NCBI GenBank assembly: GCA_934155645.1
Contig: CAKPHC010000007.1
Coordinates: 9,475-73,474, forward strand
Reading direction: 5' to 3'
DNA length: 64,000 nucleotides
DNA from: an uncultured Bacilli bacterium
GTDB lineage: Bacteria; Bacillota_I; Bacilli_A; RF39; UBA660
Part shown: piece after piece, positions 58,371-64,000 of the stretch
Layout: each line of letters begins with the position of its first letter
Numbering within the stretch: position 1 is the stretch's first letter
Translations under genes and position numbers: made by a program
Notes under the pieces: generated by a model
What the model was told of the DNA's origin: nothing
The model's input: the letters and a program-made list of their open reading frames with translations, nothing else
Databases searched by the model: none

Positions 58371-58751
58371 TTATCTTAATTTTTTATTTATTAATTCTAT
58401 TGTTCTTTTAGGGTCGTTTATTAACTTGTTATATAAATCTTCATTATTTGTTTTTCTTAATTCATTAATTATTGCTATTTCTTCTTTAGAAATTCCATAT
58501 TTGTCATTTTCTTCTGATATAGCAAATGTGTCATTACCAACAAAATAATCTAATCCTACATTAAATATGTTTGATAAATCTATTAATGTGTCTAGTGATG
58601 GAATTCTCGTTCCTTTTTCATAACAACAAACACTTACTTTGGTTACATTTAGTCTTTTACCTAATTCTAGTTGTGTCATATTATTAGCTTTACGTAGATC
58701 TTTAATTCTTTGTCCAATAACAGTCATACCATCACTCCCAAGTACCATCAT
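58371..58751 (-). CDS. XRE-family HTH transcriptional regulator
   Basis: N-terminal MTQLELGKRLNVTKVSVCCYEKG helix-turn-helix. Confidence 0.7.
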   Translation of the reverse strand: MMVLGSDGMTVIGQRIKDLRKANNMTQLELGKRLNVTKVSVCCYEKGTRIPSLDTLIDLSNIFNVGLDYFVGNDTFAISEENDKYGISKEEIAIINELRKTNNEDLYNKLINDPKRTIELINKKLR

Positions 58752-58848
58752 TATAATTAATTACTACTTAAGTTTGGCCGAAGTTAACTAAATAGTAACT
58801 TTTAATAGTGTGTACTAAATTTGTTAGATGATACTAAAAAGAAGCAGA

Positions 58849-59193
58849 TTATTCTGCCTCCTTCTTTGAACTGTTATTACTTGATAGAAATGTAGTTCTT
58901 TCTGCTATAACATCTAAGCAATATTTTTTTGTTCCATCTTCTTTTTCGATTGTTCTACTCTGAATTCTACCTTTTATACCTACTATATCACCTTTATGAC
59001 AATATTTTGCAGTAGAACGCGCTACACTATCCCACATAATGCAATCAACGAAATCTGTTTCATATTCACCGTTTATGTTTTTAAAACTTCTAGGTACTGC
59101 TAAAGTAATATAAGAATAATCCTTATTGTTATCCGACTTGTTAACTATCGGATCTTTTGTTAATCTTCCAACTAAAACCACCTGATTTAACAT
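58849..59193 (-). CDS. ssb: Single-stranded DNA-binding protein (short, no acidic tail)
   Basis: OB-fold: MLNQVVLVGRLTKDP...FVDCIMWDSVA. RBS AGGAGG before MLNQ. Confidence 0.75.
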   Translation of the reverse strand: MLNQVVLVGRLTKDPIVNKSDNNKDYSYITLAVPRSFKNINGEYETDFVDCIMWDSVARSTAKYCHKGDIVGIKGRIQSRTIEKEDGTKKYCLDVIAERTTFLSSNNSSKKEAE

Positions 59194-59357
59194 GCTCTTA
59201 CCTCCTTTCAAATGTAATGTATCATAATAGATTTAACTACTCAAATTGCTAAAATTAGGTTTTGATAAGCAAATAAAAAAAGAATATTAACTTTTGCAAT
59301 TACACAAAAATTGATATTCCAAAATAAAATAGTAATAATGTCTTAAAACTAATAAAT

Positions 59358-60665
59358 TTATAAATTTTGTTTTAATAATTGATTTAATTCTACTGCATAT
59401 TCCATTGGCAATTCTTCTCTAAATTTTTCAATAAATCCTAGAACAATTAATTCAATCGCTTTTTCTTTTTCAATACCTCTTGTTGCAAAATAGAATAGTT
59501 TGTCATCACTAATTTTAGATACTGTTGCCTCATGTTCTAAGTTACTTGATGAGTTAGAACATATATTAGTAGGAAAAGTATCACTTTTTGATAATTCATC
59601 TAATATAAGAGTATCACACTTAACTATTGCTTCACTATTTAAAGCAGTCTTCTTAATATCTACTTTACCTCTATAACTAGCATTACCACCACTTCTTGCT
59701 ATACTCTTAGAAATAATGGTACTTTTAGTATTTTTACCCAAATGAATCATTCTAGCACCACTATCTTGTTGTTGATTATTAGTTGCAACACTTATAGTAA
59801 TGCATGTTCCTTGTGAATAATCACCTTTTAAGATACAAGCAGGATATTTCATAGTAACTTTAGAACCAATATTGCCATCAATCCATTCCATGGTACCATT
59901 TTCTTCTACTAAAGCTCGTTTAGTAACTAAGTTCAAAACATTATGAGCCCAGTTTTGAATAGTACTGTAACGACATTTACTATTTTTCCCAACGTATATT
60001 TCTACTACGGCGGCATGAAGAGATGAATCACTATAATTTGGTGCGGTACAACCTTCTATATAATGAAGTTCACTATTATCATCTACAATAATTAAAGTTC
60101 TTTCGAATTGGCCCATACTTCTAGAATTAATTCTAAAATAACTATGTAGTGGTCTATCTAACTTTGTGTTTTTAGGTATATATATAAAACTGCCTCCACT
60201 AAAGACTGCACTATTTAAAGCAGCAAATTTGTTTTCATCATTTTTTACAATAGTTGAGAAATATTTCTTTACTAAATCAGGGTATTTCTTCATTGCATCT
60301 TCAATTGATGTAAATATTACGTTCTTTTTTTCTAGTTCCTCTATCATGTTATGATAGATTACTTCACTTTCATATTGAACACCTATACCATCAACTTTTT
60401 TTTCACTATCAATAACACCTAGATTACTAAATTCACATTTAATATTAGAATTTACTTTATCCCAACTATTTTCTAGTTTTTCGTCTGTTTTTTTATAATA
60501 AATTATTTTATCAAAATCAATATCATACTTTGGTCCAAAAGAAGGCATACCTAAATTGCAGAACTTTTTATAACTATCAAGTCGGTAGTTTAATATCCAT
60601 TCATCTTCTTGTTTTACCTTAGATATTTCTTTTACTTTTGCTTCGTCTATTCCTACAATCTCCAT
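59358..60665 (-). CDS. sufB: Fe-S cluster assembly protein SufB
   Basis: SufB/SufD family beta-helix. Last gene of the suf cluster. Confidence 0.8.
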   Translation of the reverse strand: MEIVGIDEAKVKEISKVKQEDEWILNYRLDSYKKFCNLGMPSFGPKYDIDFDKIIYYKKTDEKLENSWDKVNSNIKCEFSNLGVIDSEKKVDGIGVQYESEVIYHNMIEELEKKNVIFTSIEDAMKKYPDLVKKYFSTIVKNDENKFAALNSAVFSGGSFIYIPKNTKLDRPLHSYFRINSRSMGQFERTLIIVDDNSELHYIEGCTAPNYSDSSLHAAVVEIYVGKNSKCRYSTIQNWAHNVLNLVTKRALVEENGTMEWIDGNIGSKVTMKYPACILKGDYSQGTCITISVATNNQQQDSGARMIHLGKNTKSTIISKSIARSGGNASYRGKVDIKKTALNSEAIVKCDTLILDELSKSDTFPTNICSNSSSNLEHEATVSKISDDKLFYFATRGIEKEKAIELIVLGFIEKFREELPMEYAVELNQLLKQNL

Positions 60666-60679
60666 ATTGCCCTCCTTTA

Positions 60680-61048
60680 TTATTTGTTTTTTTGAAGTAC
60701 TTTTGCTTTATCTTTTTTTATGTATTCTTCACCAAAGAATCCTGAATTTCTAATAATTCTTTCAATATCATAATCACTATATTTTTTACTGTCAGAAAGT
60801 CTAATCACATTATCTTGAACAGCATAAACATTTCCAATTTTAATATCACTACGATATGCATTTAAGCTACCATCTTTATCTCTTCCTATAAAATCATATT
60901 GTTGTCCACTGCGGTAGTCATAAACTGCATTATCTACTATAACTCCTATAGCATATTTAATATGAACCCATGCATCAGTACCATCACGTACTCCTAAATA
61001 CTCTCTTACTGATAATCCAACTATTTCTTTTACTCCCTGATATTTCAT
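60680..61048 (-). CDS. Hypothetical protein (122 aa) inserted between sufU and sufB
   Basis: No recognisable motif. Interrupts the sufS-sufU-sufB order that is otherwise conserved. Confidence 0.4.
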   Translation of the reverse strand: MKYQGVKEIVGLSVREYLGVRDGTDAWVHIKYAIGVIVDNAVYDYRSGQQYDFIGRDKDGSLNAYRSDIKIGNVYAVQDNVIRLSDSKKYSDYDIERIIRNSGFFGEEYIKKDKAKVLQKNK

Positions 61049-61057
61049 ATAACCCTC

Positions 61058-61483
61058 CTAGTTATTTATTTCATCTATAATACGTTTTATTGATTCAAAA
61101 GGTAATGTTGCGCATTTCTTTCTACTAGGTTGTTTAGAGATAGTATCATATACGATTAAATCTCCTAATACTGCTTTATCGTATTCCTCTTCGTTAATCA
61201 TTTTTTCATAATTATCGATGATATTTTTAACTTCAGCAACTGTTTTTCCAATCAAAGTTCTTATCATAATAGATGTAGCTGAAGTAGATATAGCACATGC
61301 TTCTCCATCAAATCTTATGTCTATAAATACACCATTTTCTAGTTTGGCCATTACGTCAATGTTATCTACACAAGATGAATTTCTTGTATTAACTTTAATA
61401 TATCCACTACTATCAGTTAATCCTCTATTAACGGGATTTTGATAATTATCTAGAATAATATCTCTTTTTAGTTTTTCGTCCAT
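61058..61483 (-). CDS. sufU: SufU/IscU-like Fe-S scaffold (sulfur acceptor)
   Basis: Conserved Cys in CVDNIDV and GEACAIS. Confidence 0.8.
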   Translation of the reverse strand: MDEKLKRDIILDNYQNPVNRGLTDSSGYIKVNTRNSSCVDNIDVMAKLENGVFIDIRFDGEACAISTSATSIMIRTLIGKTVAEVKNIIDNYEKMINEEEYDKAVLGDLIVYDTISKQPSRKKCATLPFESIKRIIDEINN

Positions 61484-61497
61484 TATTACACCTCTTT

Positions 61498-62694
61498 TTA
61501 TAAAATAATATTAAATATATCTTTTTGTTTTTTTAATGCATCTACTAGTAAGTCAATTTCTTCTTTGGTATTGTATAAATAAAAACTAGCTCTACATGTA
61601 TTAGTTACATTTATTTCATCTTTCACTATTTTAGCGCAATGATTCCCAGCTCTTACACATATATTAAAATGATTTAAGAATACTGCTGTATCTTGACTAA
61701 ATATTTTATCAAGGTTAAATATAACAATACCTGATTTAGAATATTTGTTATAAATTTTAATATTAGGTACTTCTTCCAATCTTTTTACTGCATACTCTTT
61801 TAATTCAAGTTCATGCTTATGTATATTTTCTAGTCCTATTGTTTCTAGATATTCTATTGCTTTTCCCATTCCTAAGACACCAGCAATATTTTGAGTTCCC
61901 GCTTCTAATCTTTCCGGAAGCATTTTGTACTCTAATTGACCATCACTCTCAAAGAAAGAATTCATTCCGCCACCATATTCTAGAGGGATTAATTTATTTA
62001 AAAGTTCGTATTTACCATATAAAACTCCTACTCCAGTTGGTCCTAGCATCTTATGAGCAGAAAAGCCTAGGAAAGAGATATTATCTTCAACAACATTAAT
62101 TGGAATATGTCCTATACTTTGAGCAGCATCTACTACAAATACAATGTTTTTTTCTTTACAAATTTGCCCTATTTCTTTTATTGGTCTAATATCACCTATT
62201 GCATTAGTTACATGAGCAATTGAAATAACTTTAGTATTACTAGTTATTACGTTGTTTAAGTTTTCAATAGTTAATTCATGATTACTATTCAGTGGAATAT
62301 ATTTAACTATAACTCCTTTTCTTTTAGATAATTCAAGCCAAGGAAGTACATTAGAAGCATGTTCACTTTTAGTAATTAATACTTCATCGCCAGTTTTTAA
62401 ATAATTATCCATAAATCCAAATACGATGGTATTTAATGATTCAGTAGTTCCTTTAGTAAAAATTATTTCATCTCTATTAGACGCTTTAATAAAATTTTTG
62501 ACTTTATCTCGTACTCCTTCGTATTTGTTATCTACTATTTGACTTATATTATAGTCACCTCTATGAGCATTAGAGGTATATTTTGTATAGTAATCAATTA
62601 CTTCATCAACTACACATTTAGGTTTTAATGTGGTTGCACCATTGTCAAAGTAAATGATATTGTCATTTAACATTTCAAAATCATTTCTATTCAC
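61498..62694 (-). CDS. sufS: Cysteine desulfurase SufS
   Basis: PLP-lysine FSAHKMLGPTG and class V aminotransferase fold. Confidence 0.85.
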   Translation of the reverse strand: MNRNDFEMLNDNIIYFDNGATTLKPKCVVDEVIDYYTKYTSNAHRGDYNISQIVDNKYEGVRDKVKNFIKASNRDEIIFTKGTTESLNTIVFGFMDNYLKTGDEVLITKSEHASNVLPWLELSKRKGVIVKYIPLNSNHELTIENLNNVITSNTKVISIAHVTNAIGDIRPIKEIGQICKEKNIVFVVDAAQSIGHIPINVVEDNISFLGFSAHKMLGPTGVGVLYGKYELLNKLIPLEYGGGMNSFFESDGQLEYKMLPERLEAGTQNIAGVLGMGKAIEYLETIGLENIHKHELELKEYAVKRLEEVPNIKIYNKYSKSGIVIFNLDKIFSQDTAVFLNHFNICVRAGNHCAKIVKDEINVTNTCRASFYLYNTKEEIDLLVDALKKQKDIFNIIL

Positions 62695-62705
62695 TTTGTC
62701 ACCTC

Positions 62706-63431
62706 CTATATATAATTTTTGATGAACGCATTTACTTTGTCCTTTTCATCATTAGTTAATTCCATTTTTTCTAGTAAAAATCCTAACATTAATAATTCTT
62801 TTATTTCATCAAGCATTATTCCCCTAGTTTGTAAATAGAATATAATGTCTTTATTAAAGTTACCAATATACGCTGAATGAGTTGCAGTTATTAAATTATT
62901 ATCCACAAGTAGATTTGGTTTTATTTCGTTTTTTCCACTACCTAAGTTAATAATTCGGTTATCTTGACTTGTATTACAGTCATTGCTATCATTTAAAACC
63001 TTAGCGTCTATATCAAAGACGAAATCAGCATCTTTCATGTTTATAGCATGATTTGATATAGAACTAATAGTATTTGAAGCATTATGATTAATTCTTTCAT
63101 AATAATTATTATTTACATCATTAATAATACTACTGTTGTAAATTATATTGGCATCTTTACCATTTAAGTTAATATTAATATTATCACTTGTATTATAAGA
63201 TATTTTATTTATTATAACTTTACTATTATCTTTTAGATTATATATAATTTCATTTTTAGTATTGTTACCAAATTCTAATACATATAAACACATATTATCC
63301 ATTACATCTATATGTACAAAACCTGATTCATCTTTTAAATTAATTAAAAGTGCTGTATCTTCAGTTATTATTAAATCACTTAATTCATCTACATTATCTA
63401 TTATTAGTTTATTCATTATTAACAGAACCAC
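62706..63431 (-). CDS. sufD: SufD-like protein (short form)
   Basis: C-terminal SufB/D-family helix region. Lies between sufC and sufS. Confidence 0.6.
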   Translation of the reverse strand: MVLLIMNKLIIDNVDELSDLIITEDTALLINLKDESGFVHIDVMDNMCLYVLEFGNNTKNEIIYNLKDNSKVIINKISYNTSDNININLNGKDANIIYNSSIINDVNNNYYERINHNASNTISSISNHAINMKDADFVFDIDAKVLNDSNDCNTSQDNRIINLGSGKNEIKPNLLVDNNLITATHSAYIGNFNKDIIFYLQTRGIMLDEIKELLMLGFLLEKMELTNDEKDKVNAFIKNYI

Positions 63432-64000
63432 CTATATTATTTATCTTGATATAACCATTTTTTTCTATTTCAAGTGCTAATTCGTAGTTACCTGTCGCTA
63501 CTATATTTCCATGATTTAGGACATGAACATACTTAGGTTTTATATATTCTAATATTCTTGGATAATGAGTAATTATTAAAACTGAAGTATTAGGATTTTC
63601 ATTTAAGTAAGCATTTATATTATCACAAACTATTTTTAGGCTATCTACATCAAGTCCAGAGTCTAGTTCGTCTAGTATTAAGAATTTAGGCTTTAGTAGT
63701 TTCATTTGTAAAATTTCGTTCTTTTTTCTCTCTCCACCTGAAGCGCCACTATTTATAGACCTATGTAACATATCGTTACTCATTTTTAAATCTTCTACTC
63801 CTTTATCTAATTGTTTGATAAATTCGTATAATCCAATTGGAGTTTCATTTTTCGCATTTATAGCCGTTCTTAAAAATTCACTATTAGATACACCTTCAAT
63901 ACTAAGTGGACTTTGAAATGATAAAAATAATCCTTTTCTTGCTCTTTCATCTGGACTCATATTATTGATTATTTCACCATTAAAAGAAATAGTTCCATCT
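63409..64000 (-). CDS. sufC: SufC ABC ATPase, partial (N-terminus beyond window end)
   Basis: ABC signature ASGGERKK and Walker B FLILDELDSGLD. The frame is open to the window edge. Confidence 0.8.
   Translation of the reverse strand, partial: DGTISFNGEIINNMSPDERARKGLFLSFQSPLSIEGVSNSEFLRTAINAKNETPIGLYEFIKQLDKGVEDLKMSNDMLHRSINSGASGGERKKNEILQMKLLKPKFLILDELDSGLDVDSLKIVCDNINAYLNENPNTSVLIITHYPRILEYIKPKYVHVLNHGNIVATGNYELALEIEKNGYIKINNIGGSVNNE

Noticed and set aside
1-64000. A search for reverse transcriptase, integrase, transposase, SipW signal peptidase, Flp pilin and TadV prepilin peptidase ORFs.
   Set aside because: None of the ORFs of 60 aa or more shows the corresponding motifs (YxDD, DDE, SGSMEP, G/XXXXEY). 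Their absence is itself noted in the findings, but smaller unlisted ORFs cannot be excluded.

Overview
This is a 64 kb chromosomal segment from a very AT-rich, endospore-forming Firmicute. Recognisable sporulation genes include sigK, spoIVFA/spoIVFB-like, the spoVAC-spoVAD-spoVAEB operon, a spoIIAA/sigF-like pair and the ddl-murF and murE cell-wall genes. About 70 of the 71 coding genes are on the minus strand; only a VanY-like carboxypeptidase is on the plus strand.

Housekeeping blocks:
- rlmN-prpC-prkC-rsgA-rpe
- sufC-sufD-sufS-sufU-[unknown]-sufB
- scpA-scpB
- radC-mreC-mreD
- proS
- cadC-cadA
- an ArsR-metallothionein fusion
- an orphan agr-like HPK10/LytTR two-component pair
- tRNA-Leu(CAA)

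Accessory content that stands out:
1. A Tad-like locus (tadZ/cpaE-tadA-tadB-tadC plus two TadE-like pseudopilins) has no identifiable Flp pilin or prepilin peptidase. Instead it carries four tandem, individually terminated paralogs of a TasA/camelysin-like secreted protein.
2. A fifth paralog of that family (547 aa) carries a C-terminal DUF1566/Lcl-like domain. Its last ~40 codons are GC-rich and have a near-repeat about 200 bp downstream that is AAC-codon-rich. The two copies differ almost only at adenines of the downstream copy, which is the signature of a diversity-generating retroelement VR/TR pair. No reverse transcriptase is encoded in the window.
3. The promoter of that same gene has a C10/G10 homopolymer inside the -35/-10 spacer, so it is a candidate slipped-strand phase-variation switch.
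4. Three paralogous ~250-300 bp cassettes (two intact, one degenerate) encode 27-30 aa hydrophobic peptides with conserved promoters and terminator stem-loops, which suggests type I toxin-like modules. One cassette abuts the tRNA-Leu gene.

No CRISPR array, transposase, integrase or rRNA gene was seen.
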